This document shows positions 1 to 13,722 of a DNA stretch of 64,000 bases, piece by piece. Numbering within the stretch: the first letter of the stretch is position 1; each line of letters starts with the position of its first letter. Under the pieces are notes generated by a model. The model made no database searches and was not told where the DNA came from. It worked only from the letters and a program-made list of their open reading frames with translations. Position numbers and translations under genes: made by a program. Origin of the DNA: Lingula anatina (Eukaryota; Animalia; Brachiopoda); assembly GCA_051362555.1 (NCBI GenBank), contig CM120642.1, positions 18,538,001 to 18,602,000 on the forward strand. The letters are read 5' to 3'.

Positions 1-1136
1 CTAATTTTTTAAAAAGTCTAAGTGAATGTTTAGTCTGTCTTTTTCATATCGATCACGCATTTGCTTGGTTTTCGTAACATTAGCTTTGCGTGATTACCAC
101 AATTTTACGTTCTGATTTGTCATTCGCCCATTCAACATGCCCTCTTTTGTCTCCAATTAAAAAGTCTAAAATCTACTTTTGTCTTCCCTGTCTGAAAAGC
201 TACGGAGCACTTAACATTCTGAATTCAGACATTGAAAGACTTTATGTTTAAAAAATGCCCGCCCTCAACTTAAAGTTCCTGGTGTTTACATATCCTTCTG
301 CAAAATTACTTATGGCTGTCTACATTACTGGATAGTTACACATTACTATAGTACCTAATTAGAAATGGTACAAAATATCGAGCTCCAGTTTACGGATGGG
401 TCGAACAATGATTCGTGAGTAAGAAATTTTTTTATTTCCTATTTAGGTATGATATCTTTAATGACTACTTAACAGCTCTTTATAAAGGGTCGGAAACAAA
501 CCCTCTGTTGATTGAGGATTGTTTGGGTTATACATACAAGCCTCTAACTGCATGTGATATTACATGTAGCCATTAAAAGCAATTTTTAAGCAATTTGATA
601 ATCCTGTAACGCTTGATGTGAGATCAATATTAACATGCTTAAGAGCAATTTAAATAGTTAGAGGGAATCGGGAGTACGAACTTAACAAAAATATACCATG
701 GGTTATTTGTGTAATTATGCCATCGATTTTTTCTACCGATGTAAGTATCACTCTCAAGAAGGTTAACTTAATCATACTATTATTTTTACAAAGTGCTCTG
801 TACGATTGAAAATCGATAAATAAAAAATTCGATTATACGGCAGTCTTTTGTGCCTTTCATTCCGGCCAAGCAATGCTGCTTTCATTAGAAGGAGACCCTT
901 TTTCGATTGCAGGTCAGTTAATTGTAAAGGATAAGTCGGGTAAATTGCATTTACTTACTAAAACGCTTTAGACAAAGAAATGATTTTGTTAAACAAATGT
1001 TTTCCATGAGTGGTACGGGTGTGTATAGCTTACAACTTTCTAGTGAATAAGGAGGGTGCCTTCTTGGCTTAAAAAAGCTCTCTGGAAACATCCCCATTGA
1101 GCTTGACAGTGTTTTAAAAGTTCCTTTTTGTTCTAG

Positions 1137-4100
1137 GACCTCCACAATATCCAAGTTTTATCTACGTGAACGAAAGCCAAACCAATTCCCTAGAAATCAC
1201 GTGGATGTCCGGCTTCAATGGCGGGTTAACTCAAACCTTCACTTTAGAGGTAACGCCCCTGAGTGCTGCTGACGTCACCAATGCAACTGTACTGCGCCTG
1301 GAGGACCCTGGGTACCTTCAGACCACGACTAATCTCATCACTGGGCTACAAGAAGGGGCGAGCTATACCGTACGACTGACTACCGAAACTAACAGACCTG
1401 TAGGTGTCCGGAGCAGGAACATATCGACGACAGCCACCACTTATTCCAGAGGTAGGACAAACTTTGCTTCTTGTGTTAAGAACTTTCATTAGTACATATT
1501 CTCATATTTCATTCTATATACTACTCTTTGAAGATACATTAATTACATATGAAACTTTCAATTTGTCAATTAGCAAGAGATGATGGGAACATAGCCTTTT
1601 ATCCCATAAGCGTACACTGTCATAAGTATAATTCAAATGCTCAGTGATTGAGAATTTTACAGGACCCTTCACTTGCGACAAACTGAAGCAAGATGGTTTG
1701 AGCAGCGGGTACCATACCATCCAAGCAGAGGGCCCTGGGGTAATGATCCAGTTTCAGGTGGAATGTGACATGACCTTTGACCCCCCATTGACCATTGTCC
1801 ACCATGATATAGAAGGTCGAAGCAGTCAACTTGGGCCTGGTCAGGCGGGCTATACTTACAGAGATCTGACGTATCCTACTGCTTCTATATACCAGATGAC
1901 TGCCTTATTGAATATGTCTGGTCACTGTCACCAATACAGACAAATAGAGTGTCACGGGCTAGGAAGTAAGTACGATAGAAACCATTTCTTTATTGTTATT
2001 TGGCTTGGAATATTTTAATCATGTGCGTACCAATAATGGTGTCATAAAATTTATAAATCGTGTTCAATGTTTTCAATTATTTCTACGATAAATATGAATT
2101 AAAATTTGCACGTTTTCTTTGATGTCTTGACATGACGCATGATGACGATAAATATAATTTCTGTTGTAGATCCAGGGTCAGGCACTGAACATACTGATCG
2201 TACTGGGGTATACAGTTATTGGGGCGCTTACTTCCCTGGAGGATCCCCTGTCTCCAGGTGTCTGTGTGGGAAATATTCCGCATGTGAAAACGGAAGAAGT
2301 AAGAGTAGATTAAGAAGGAGAATTTTTAAAGCTATATGTCCTGGGGCCGGTTTCACAAAGCAGTAGTTAGTTAGAACAACTAACTACTGAACTACCTCGC
2401 TAACGAGCAAACTTAGCGATTTTCGAGGGGTGTTTCACGAAGCAGTCGTTAACTCATCGCTAAGTTCAGTCGTAAAGTTCGGTCGTTAGTTCTCTCGTTA
2501 CTCACCGTAGTCTCGAAACCGTCTGCCGTAAGTGAAACTCTTGCGTAAAAGTGTCACGAAAGCACAAACTCTCCATTTTTTGGTGGCTGGAAATGCATAA
2601 GAACGTCTGCTTTGAGGTCGTCGTAAAGGATCTCCACCACCTTTTTGCCGCTCTTTTTGTCACAGCTAGGCGCAACCTCTCGTAAATTGCATCATCGTGT
2701 GTATATTCTAATAGATTCTGCCTTTCATGAAAACGTCGTAGTCTACGTTGCCGTCTGGCGGTACGGATAGCAAGAAAAGTAGCCGCCATATTGGATACAA
2801 AGACAAACGACAGACAACGGTAACTAAGCAACCTTTTTATTTCACTCATTACGCATGCGTACGATGAAACTCTAGAGTTAGCGACTGGTCTGCAATCGGC
2901 AATCCTCGGCTCATTCCGCAAGCTCCATACTAACCTCGGATGTGATAGGCGGAGAAATATGCACCAAATCCATGCATTTTGTCCGCCGGAAATGCCTTCT
3001 CACTCAATCGATCATTACGCTCATAAAGATGGCTGTCAATACCCCTGATTTTTATGATGCTTTACAGTTTGCCAAACAATGCACTAAGATTGACTTTGAT
3101 TTAAAAGATAAATAGATACAGGCGTTGAAGGAATTAGGTTTAAATTAGCGCGAGGTTGAAAGTAGTTCCTTCCCAACAATCAACAATCAAATATGTCTGC
3201 CTCCGTATTACGTCCGAGGTTATTGTCGAGTGCGGAGACATCCGAGTAGTTCCGAGTGACTGGTCTGACCAGTCGTTAAATATCCAAGGCAACAACGAGA
3301 CAATAACGAGCGAGAGAACTAGCGACTGCTTCGTGAAACGCCACTCTAACTAGCGAGAGGCTAACTACCGATCGCTAACTAACTACTGCTTTGTTAAACC
3401 GGCCCCTGTTGTTCTTTCGTATATATCAGTCTATAGCATCTTGCATATACGAAGGGACTATGTAAACAATATATTGATAATATTAATAGGTGGGCTAGTC
3501 ATTGTTATAAGGTGCCCTTTTTAGTTGTAGAAGTACCTGGAAGCTTATTTTCGACCATTACTCAATAATCTTAATTGGATGTTACAGCAATATTGATTCG
3601 AAAAGTAACTCCATATTCGCTGCAGAAAAAATCACCAAAATTGGTTGTTTTTTGCCAAAAGATTGGACAACATGTTCCCCTGCCACATATTTGATGACCT
3701 CTTTTAAACCGATGTTGGGCTGTTTTGTTAATAAATGCCCATTGAAAATTGGTGTAAATAGCTACAAGTGATAAAATCAACTGTAGCAATAAAAATAGTC
3801 GCACTGTTATATTGTTCCAGTTTAAAACTCTTATTTCCCGATAGATTTTTTTCTTGATACAAGCCCAGGTAATGGAGAATTCCGAGTAACCGAAGTGGCA
3901 CTGTGGACCCCATGCAAAACCACTGATATGACACCATCAGCAAAATGACCAAACTCTTAAAAAAACAAACTTTGATCATTATTTTTATATATATATCAGG
4001 TGATTGCAGCTGTACACAGAACGATGCCGTATGGAGGAAGGATTCCGGGTACCTTCAGGAAAAGAATATTCTTCCCATTGTGCAGACCAGAATTAACGAT

Positions 4101-7100
4101 ATTGATGGCGGTGATGAAATGGGTTTTGAAACACTGGGTCCATTGGTTTGTACCTCCTGGGTGGAAGGTGAGATTCATTTTAAAGCTAATATATCACATA
4201 GAAACACACGTAAAGGTTTTAATTTAAATGCAGTGCGAAGATTGTAGTTAGGAGAATAGGTGCAATAAATGGCACAAGTAGCATATTCTGTACATCATAC
4301 TGACGCTGAAAAATAAAAGAGAGAGAGAGAGAGAAAGAGAGAGAGAGTATATGGGTTGTTTGGCTTATGGCTCCTGAAATTCGTATAATGGATGACGAAA
4401 TAATATTATCTGACTATGTATCAGTCATAACAACCCATCCTAGTACTGAGAAGTGAAACGGTTTCTTTTTTTACGAGAAGGAAAATACTGGTGAATTGAA
4501 CTGTGATAGAGATTGTCCACAAATTGTTATAAATTCCTTTTGCTTATCTTTGGTCTATTTTTCCCTGCAAAAACGACACGCAACTATTTTGCAGATTGTC
4601 TTTATATTTTTTTTTCTGTGCCAGGACGCGAGCGACCTCTAGGGATGCAGAGTAACCACATACCCACTTCTTCTCTCTCCGCATCTTCAACACACAGCAC
4701 TTGCGCTCTTAATGGCGGCAGGGTGGGAAGCAGCCCCACTTGGTGTGCCGGCGGCAACAGCGCCACCCAGTGGTACCAAATTGATTTTGGAAGGAATATG
4801 ACCATTACAAAAGTAGCAACAGTGGTATGTTGTGTTCACATAATAACCCCACAGCAATATATTAGCAAAAGTTTCTCTTCTTCACCAAATAACTTATTTG
4901 TACAATTCTGCATCTTGATCCCATTTTGGCAATTGAATTATAAACAGATTAGGTATTAGGTTTGACGGTATTTTCCACATACTTCATAAGAGAAATTAAA
5001 GGTACAGTCTATAACGAGCTGAAAGTCAGTACGAGTTTTATTCATGACACATGATTCTTCTGTCACACTATAAAATATCATTTCAGGGACGTTCATCCCA
5101 CACACAGTTCGTGAAGAAGTACACGCTCCTCTTCTCCGACGACGGCTCCAATTTTGAATGTTATTCCAAAGCCGATGGAACATGCAAGGTAAGATGGCGC
5201 CCGTTCTCTCTATAGCGCTTATACCGAACCAACTTTGTGTTGCGTATACTAAAAGCATGTTAGATATTCAACAACACAAACATCCGTTAAATTTGAAATA
5301 AATGTACACTTATAGGGCTTAGTTATAGTTAGGGTGTGCTTAGGCTCCGTATGCTAACAGTTTAAGATGAAGCGCTACTTCTTAAGGATTATTGGAAGTT
5401 AATAGTTTGTGTATATTATTTTAGAAATTTCCAGGAAATTGGGATGCTACTACGACTCGACACAATTACCTGAGACCCGCCGCCAGAGGGCGCTCCATAC
5501 GTTTCAACCCCCTAGAGTGGAATAGTCACGTGAGCTCGAGCTTTGAGGTGTATGGCTATGATGAAGGTATAGTTCCAGCGCGGTAAAGCTAGTTTAGGGC
5601 TTTCATTATATTGTTCTAAGTACTGGTACAAAATAAATGTACATGTTTGGTGAATGCATTGTTTTAGCTGTAAGACTTTTAGAATGGTGTCATAAGTAGA
5701 TTGAATCAACTTGCCCCAATTTCACAAAAAAAAAAAAAAACTTAGGTCAGTTCCCTGACATGCAAGTTGACTAACACTGTTCCTGATAGGGTAAGATATA
5801 CCCATGTGACCATGTAACGTTGATAATATAGTTCTTAGCCAGGGAAAATGGCTTAAGGTTTTTTTGTGAAACAGGCACCTGAACGTGATCTTTTGTTATA
5901 TTTTGTGAGGGTCCTACGCATTTTGAAGGGTAAAATGTCATTCTGGTGGCAGCGATTAAATGGTCCACGCCACACCTACAAAATGCCTTAGGCATTGTGA
6001 AGCGATTGAAAAGGCTTCAGTGCCTGTCACGAGTTTTTTTTCAAGTTGTAATGCAGTTTTGACCGGCAAATATGAGAAACCCTTGTCTTCAATGGTTTTC
6101 TGTCTTCTTAGCTTCATACACGTATCTCTGTAGAAAAAAAAATGATTAAAAAACTAAGAAACTGTTTTCTCCTTTGCGTTCCTACACAATTATTGTAAGT
6201 TATAATATACCTTAAATATATATAAAGCTCAAGACCAATTGTGATGATGAATTATTTCAAATGGATGCGTAACTTGATCACCGTCTTTATCCACTTTAAC
6301 TTAAGGATATACTAATACCAGCCAAATAAACGAGGGCAGTTCCGTCTCTCTGTCATGTCCTACTGGGACCTGGATAGACATTCTGGATGCGTTCTACGGA
6401 GTGGAGAGTATTGGTTGCAGGGCAGATCAGAGAGCTTCTATAAAAGCCGTCAAGAACCTGTGTCAGCAGCGTACTAGCTGTACAGTCAGTTCAAGTACTG
6501 GAGTATTTGGTGATCCGTGTGCAGGACCAGCAAAATACATGTGGATAACCCACAAATGTGTATGTAAGTACATGTATATGATGGGAAAGTTTGATATCCA
6601 TCATTATTTTTTAAAACATTTTTACAAGAGATATTAAGATGTTATAAAAAAAAATAATGCCTGGAAAACTCAAGGTACCGGTAAAAGGTGTTGTCTCCCC
6701 GTGAACGCATTTATCGTAATTTCCTCCAAAATAATCCAATACCTCTGTAGGTCTCATGCAGCCTCCTGTGTAATTCAATTCTTATGATGACTCCGTCATT
6801 ATACTTTCCTTTATACGAATGCTTTAATTTATGAATCCCGATTTTCAATATGTTATAGAATTTTATATTTGTGTATGATATAATACATTCATTACAAAAA
6901 TTATGACGATTATATGCTACGATTTTCCAGCCATTTTGAGCTCCTGCTACGAATATTACAAGTATGGATTTCGGTACAGTGGTCATTTTGAAATTGACCC
7001 TGACGGAGCTAACTACGGTGTTGGTCCTTTCATGGTGGAGTGTGACATGACTACATGGCCCCCTGGGAGGACAATCATACACCACAGTAGAGATGACACC

Positions 7101-7524
7101 GAGTCCAGTCAAATCTCAGTAAGTATTTTGCCCCAATAGGAAGAGAAACAATACGATATGTAAATGTTTCACCATTTCTATTTTCACTTGCTTTGTTTAA
7201 AAAAAGACCCATTCCTGAAGTCAACATTGTTACGATCTGGACAAGGACGCTTTCAAGACAAGATTCTCACCTAAATACCAGTAATCTTTTAGAATTTGAG
7301 TCCTGGGTTGGTCCTGCTTCAAAGTGATATATTTTGTTATAGGGCTACGAGGCCTGTGGAAGCTGGAGCCAAGACTTGACCTATTACGGCATAGACGTTG
7401 CCAACCAGATGGCGCCGTTTGTAGACACCGTGGCCACCTGCTCCCAGTATGCCAAGTTACGTTGTAACGGAGCGTCTGGCGTTGGTTCCTGCAACCAGGC
7501 ACAGGACAGAAGTAAGCACAGAGA

Positions 7525-7561
<37 letters not shown>

Positions 7562-10500
7562 TGTGAGAGAGAAAAAGAAAGAGAGCGAGCGAGAGAGAGA
7601 GAGGGGGAGAGAAGGCCATGGGTATAAAGGTACGAGGAATGGGCGAACTCGACAAAAAATGACGCAAATACATACACTGGAGAATAGAAGTGTCACCCCC
7701 TGAATCAGAGTAATCAAAGTTATAATGCCTGGTCTACTTATAATGTGACTAATGAGTATAAAACCGCTGTACCACGAACTTGTATTGTTGGTCTTTTTGT
7801 GAAATTTGATGTTAATAAAATAATGCCAGGAGCATATCATTCCACAGTCATTTATCTCCCCCAAAGTATTGGTTCAGTAGGGGTGACACTTCTTTTGCCC
7901 AGTGTGTGTAGATATATATTTAGTACAAAGTAGAATTCGTAAAGCTTACTGCTTCATGACAGCATCTCAGCATGTATGTTTTCGTTCTAATAGGTGGCAC
8001 GGCAATCGCTTATTGGGCCGGCGGTAATAGCGTCAATAAATGTTCATGTGGAATTGCAGGAACCTGTGTTGGTAAGTTAATCATTCCTTGTTGTCTACTT
8101 CCTATTTCTTGGAATCAGTTCTTTAATGTAGAGTCCCGGTGGGTTTGTTTTCCTAACAACCCGAAAAACACAGAGCGTTTTATAACGTTACCATAACGTG
8201 ACTATAACGTTTTTGATAATAATAACGTTATGGTAACGTTATAATAACTTAATGTTTGCTGGGAAGCAATGTGAAAGGGTAATCCTTTTTATCATAAAGA
8301 CATTCTCTTGTATTGTTTTTAAATGTTTAAATGTTTACGACTGTTTTATCGAAAAAAATATGCAGGGAATTTGATAAAAAGAAAGTAAGGGCATTGTCGT
8401 TAAATATTTCAGTTTTCCGCGGCATATGTCTTGGACTTATGTAGAAGTAGAAATACAGTGAAATCGTGCCAAATAAATATCGAGAAATTGGCGACAGATA
8501 TGAGTGGCCCTCTTAGAACTGGCCGATATTTGAAACATTTTATTGTATTGTAATGTTTATGAATCCGACTTTCGCCATACAGAGTAAAGAATAAAACAAA
8601 AATATAAATATTTCGCATTCTGCTTTTGGTTTTGGAAAGAATGTATCAGCATTATGATCACCGCTTTTTCTTGATTCCAGGAGTTTCAGTACATGCATGT
8701 ACATACTCAGAACGTAACCCAAACTGTATTTTTTTTCGACAGATGGCAGAACTGATTGCAACTGTAACAAAAACGACCACGTGTGGAGAACAGATGAGGG
8801 GTATTTTACTGACAAGTCCTTACTACCCATAAAGAAATTCCTCTCTGGTGACACTGGAGACGCCGGAGAATCTGCCTATTACACTGTTGGTCCATTAGAG
8901 TGTGAACCAGGTAGTTAAGCTATTGACTAATGTCTTGAGATAATTTTTTTTTTTTTTGATCAAATTTTTTTTATGGGATATAATGTCTGCCTATTCTTAT
9001 TTCTTTAACCCCTCAATCCTAATATTCTTATTGCTTTTTTTATAAAATCAACTTGATTATTGGCTATATGGACAACGGCAAGCATTGTTTAAGGTGAGAT
9101 TAGACAGGACATCTATAACAATGGAATTATTATGCAGATAAAAATTTTATAATGTTTCGTTTAGTTTTCTTTCACGAGGTGTCACAATATTTCCACATTT
9201 GATTTCACAGTATACGTTTTGTGTGTATCAGTATTATTTTTCATGAATACGACAAAAAGTTATTGTGGGCCACATGCACGGCTAGATTTCAAACCGTCCG
9301 ATTGTTTCTTTTCCATACGCAAAGGGCCCCTAGAAATTTTGGTATTTTAGAGGGCGAACGGTGCCATTAGGTTTAAAACTATTATTCAGCTAGTCAAAAT
9401 TCTAATTTCAAGAGGGGACCATTGGTGTGATTTTTTTCAGAAATCGAAGGGGGGGGGGGGGGGGTCAGGACCCCCCTGACCCCCCCCCCCCCCCCCTCTA
9501 AATCCGCCACTGTATACGGTATGTTAACATGTACTATTATAAGCTGAATGTGGTATTGTTATTTTTTTATTTAGCCTTACCGTCTTGCACTGAATGGAAA
9601 AAGTTTAACAGCACTAGCGGCCTCTATTGGGTTGACCCAGATGGCGGTGGAGGTGTGGCCGCTTTCGAGGTGTATTGTGATATGTCAACTACACCACCCA
9701 CTGTGACCTTTCACCATGATTATGAAGACAGGACCCACGTCAGCGGCTTTGATGGTGCTTATTCGTACTCGAAATCGTTGGCGTACAAACGTGAGTAATT
9801 ATAACGCAGCCTAGTTGTGTGTACCACAAGTCAAATCTTAATTAGACAAGTATATTCGGTTTGACGCATTTACACAATTGTCAGGGGATGATAGGGTTTT
9901 GTATCATCCCCCACTGCATCGGTCAGAAACCCCTCCGCAATGAAAATGCAATATCAAGTATTTTATACAAAGTATGCACACTGCCCTAGTATGCACGAAA
10001 GGGAGAGTTTTCATGAGTTTTTAATTCCTTTATAGACTACCATAGCATTGGTTGCTGGACAGATACTAGTACCAGAGCTATTGCCACGCTGGAAGGTGTG
10101 GACTCAAATTTGGATGGCTCTTACCTTACAAGAAGCAACCCAATCTACAAATGTTACCTAGCGGCCAAGTCTCGCGGCTACACATATTTTGCTGTCCAGC
10201 ATGGCGGCTGGTGCGCTTCTGCTGCTACTGCTGGCGACACCTACGATAAATACGGATCTTCAGATGGCTGTAACAGTGACGGAGAAGGAGGAAGTTTGGC
10301 TAGCGAAGTGTACAAAATTTATGAAGGTTTGTACATGAGCAGTAAACTTTTTGAACAAAGGGATCGAATTGATATTTTGCATAGCGCGGGACATAGTCCG
10401 GTGGCTTAGGGCAAAAAAAATGGCCAAATCGTGACACGGCGGATAAAAGCACCAAATTTTGCATGTGGGTACCTTTTGACATACTTAATCAAATTAGAGC

Positions 10501-13500
10501 CGTAGCCCACGGAAAAAAATTTACCGTTTGGCCAAAAAATCCAAAATGGCCGCCAATTTGTGAAATTCTGTAGAAATATATACATACCTATGTTGATTTT
10601 TATAAATTAAGTATTTTCTCAATATTTTCCACATCCTTATTACCCATATTATGCATTTGTGTCAGGTAACAAAGTAGTGTCCTTGGACTTTTTGAAAAAA
10701 TCCAAGATGGCCGCCATATGGCATAGGAATACTAGATCTTGTACACAGGTTTTCAACTAACTAATGCCAACTAGGAAGATGCATTGTCCACTATCTAATT
10801 GTTTCTTTTTACACAAATTATATATTTGTGGTGAGTAACTAACCTTTATTCTCAGGCATTTCGAGAAAAAATCCAAGATTGCCGCCATATCAAAGAAATA
10901 CTAGTATACACATAGGGCTTATTCTGCCATGGAGATTTAATATTAATTGATAAATTAGGTTTGTTTCTGAGTATTTTCCACATCTTTTTAATTCACATAA
11001 TATATATATGATGAGAATGTTATGTGTATCCTTTTTGAAAAGAAAACAAAAAAAATTGGCTGCCCTTAGCCATAAAAGGTGGGGTTCAGTTAATACCTGT
11101 GGGAGATAGGCTTACATATAAAGTGAAGCTGAATTCAGTTGTTATTCTGTTTTTTTTAGTATTATTATCCCATGATACATATCTGATAGGTAATTAATGT
11201 CCATATTTTTTCATTTTGGGGAAATCCAAGATGGCCTTCTTTTCCCCATAGGAAAACTGGTGCATTAGATTTTATAGGCACTTCTAAGGCAAATGAGGGT
11301 AATCATGATATTTTGTCAAAATACTTAAGGGTATACACTTGTTACCCACCAGATAGATATCTCAAAGTCCAAAAAGAATGTGGGAAATACCGAGAAACAA
11401 AATTAATTTTACATTGAACCCAATATCTCTCTGGCAGTAGTTGAATGTACTATTCCTATTGTGAATTGCAGCAATCTTGAATTTTCTCAAATGCGCAAGA
11501 TGCACACTTGCTACACACCAGATTTATATAGAGTAAGGTTAATAAGGATGTCAACATGTTTGAACATCAAACGGCTTTATTTCATGTTGGAATCAATGCC
11601 TGAACTGTTCCATTAATTGACACCTATTTGCATTTGAATGATATATTCCTATAACAACTGGCAGATATTTTGGGTTTTCTCCGAAAGGATACATATACTT
11701 TCTACACACACAGAGTCTTTCATAAGGATAAATAGGATATGAAAAACATTTAAAAATGATCTAAAGTTAACTGCATTTAAATTGTATTCATTGTATCTCT
11801 GGCATTATTTGATTATGTGTTCGAGTATTCTAATGACAAAGGCAGAATACCCAAGTTACACACATGCTACAGACCAGGTATACATCATAGTAGTAATAAT
11901 AAATGGAATGAAAAACATAAATTATTTTTAAAACAAACCCATGGTAATGTAATTGTATAATAAACCATATGCCTCTCTAGCAGCATTTGAAACCCACCCA
12001 TTTGTATTCCTATGTCAAATTGTAGCTATCTTGGATTTTCTCAGAATATCCAATTTACCCACCAGATATATATATCACAGGACTAATAAGGATGGTCAAA
12101 ACTTGATAAGCAAACACAATTTCACCCTGGTAGTAGACGAAAAGCCATGGATGTGCAGTTGTAATTCCAGTAGTATTCCTATGGCCAATGACGGCCATCT
12201 TGGATTTTCTCGAAATGATCAAATATGCACATTTATTACCTGCTAGATATGTATCACAGTGTTATAATTACGTGTAACACTAAAAAAATAAACTGAATTT
12301 GATAGTGATTTAGCTGGCATTAGTTCCAACCTTTTGTAACACTAGAAGTATTCCTATGACATATGGCGGCCATCTTGGATTTTCTCAAAATGCCCAAGAA
12401 TACATGTTAGTTACTCACCACATACATATTGTGTGGGTGCAAAGGGTGTGGAAAACACCCAGAAACAAACTTAATTTGATAGTGGAAAATTAATCTTTCC
12501 AGTTGCCATTAGTTGAATCCCCCGTATACTAGAATTCCTGTGGCACATGGCAGCCATCTTGGATTTTCCGAAATGCCCAAGAACACTTCGTAGTTACTCA
12601 CCACAAACATATTATGTGGGTGACAAAAATCTGAGAACAGACTTAATTTGATAGTGGACAACGTATCTTTCTAGCTTGTATTATTTGTGCACTAGTATTC
12701 CTATGGCTGTTTCTATGGCATATGACAGCCATCTTGGATTTTTTCAAAAAGTCCAAGGGAACTTGTTTGCTATCTGACATATATGAATAAAATGGGTAAT
12801 AAGGGTGTGGAAAACTCTGAGAAAATAATTTATTTGATAAAAATCAACATAGATTTGTACACATTTGTATAAAATTCCATAAATTGGCGGCCATTTTGGA
12901 TTTTTTGGCCAAACGGTAATTTTTTTTTCCGTGGGCTACGGCTCTAATTTGACTTAGTATGTCAAAAGGTACCCACGTGCAAAATTTAGTGCTTTTATCC
13001 GCCATGTCACGATTTTTTCCTTAAGCCACCGGACTAACATTCAAAAACTTCAGAACAAATAGGCCTACATCAAATAGAAAAATAATTTTGTATATAATTT
13101 TGATTCCCTGAAGTAGATTTTGATCTAGGGAAACTTAAATTTGATTTTGTATCAACAGAAATAATGGAAATCAAATGCTAAATTTCAGCAAGGTAATATC
13201 TTATATCTTTCCTTACTTACAGCGAGTGTTGACCAAGTGGCGGCATACGTAGATTACATTGGATCGGAATGCACTCAGTACATAAAGTACGAATGCTACA
13301 ATTCTGTCATTAATGGCTACGGTGGCTGGTACGATCGGCATGGACAGAAAGCGCCATTTTGGGGCGGAGGAGATCCAGACGGTACCTCTACCAACTGCGC
13401 ATGCGCACAAGATGGCTCCTGTTCAGTCTCTTCTAATAGTATGTTAAGTTACTTGCTCTATTTATAAATGAACGTTTGCAATTTTTGATTGTTCTTATAC

Positions 13501-13666
13501 ATGTACATGGACATAATAGTTTATAAAATGTGTCACACAAACCCATAGGCATTGTCTGTTTATAGGCCTACAGTTTATCGTTTGAAAGATTTTATTCTCT
13601 CCCACTCTCACACGCAATAGGACGCGGTACAAAGGGGTCCTTTGCATTCTGGGGTTGGTCTAAATC

Positions 13667-13722
<56 letters not shown>

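Noticed and set aside
7230-7864. Overlapping ORFs with HTHT/VCVC/ERER runs
   Set aside because: They are translations of the (GT)n/(GA)n microsatellite. Only 7343-7511 is a real exon.
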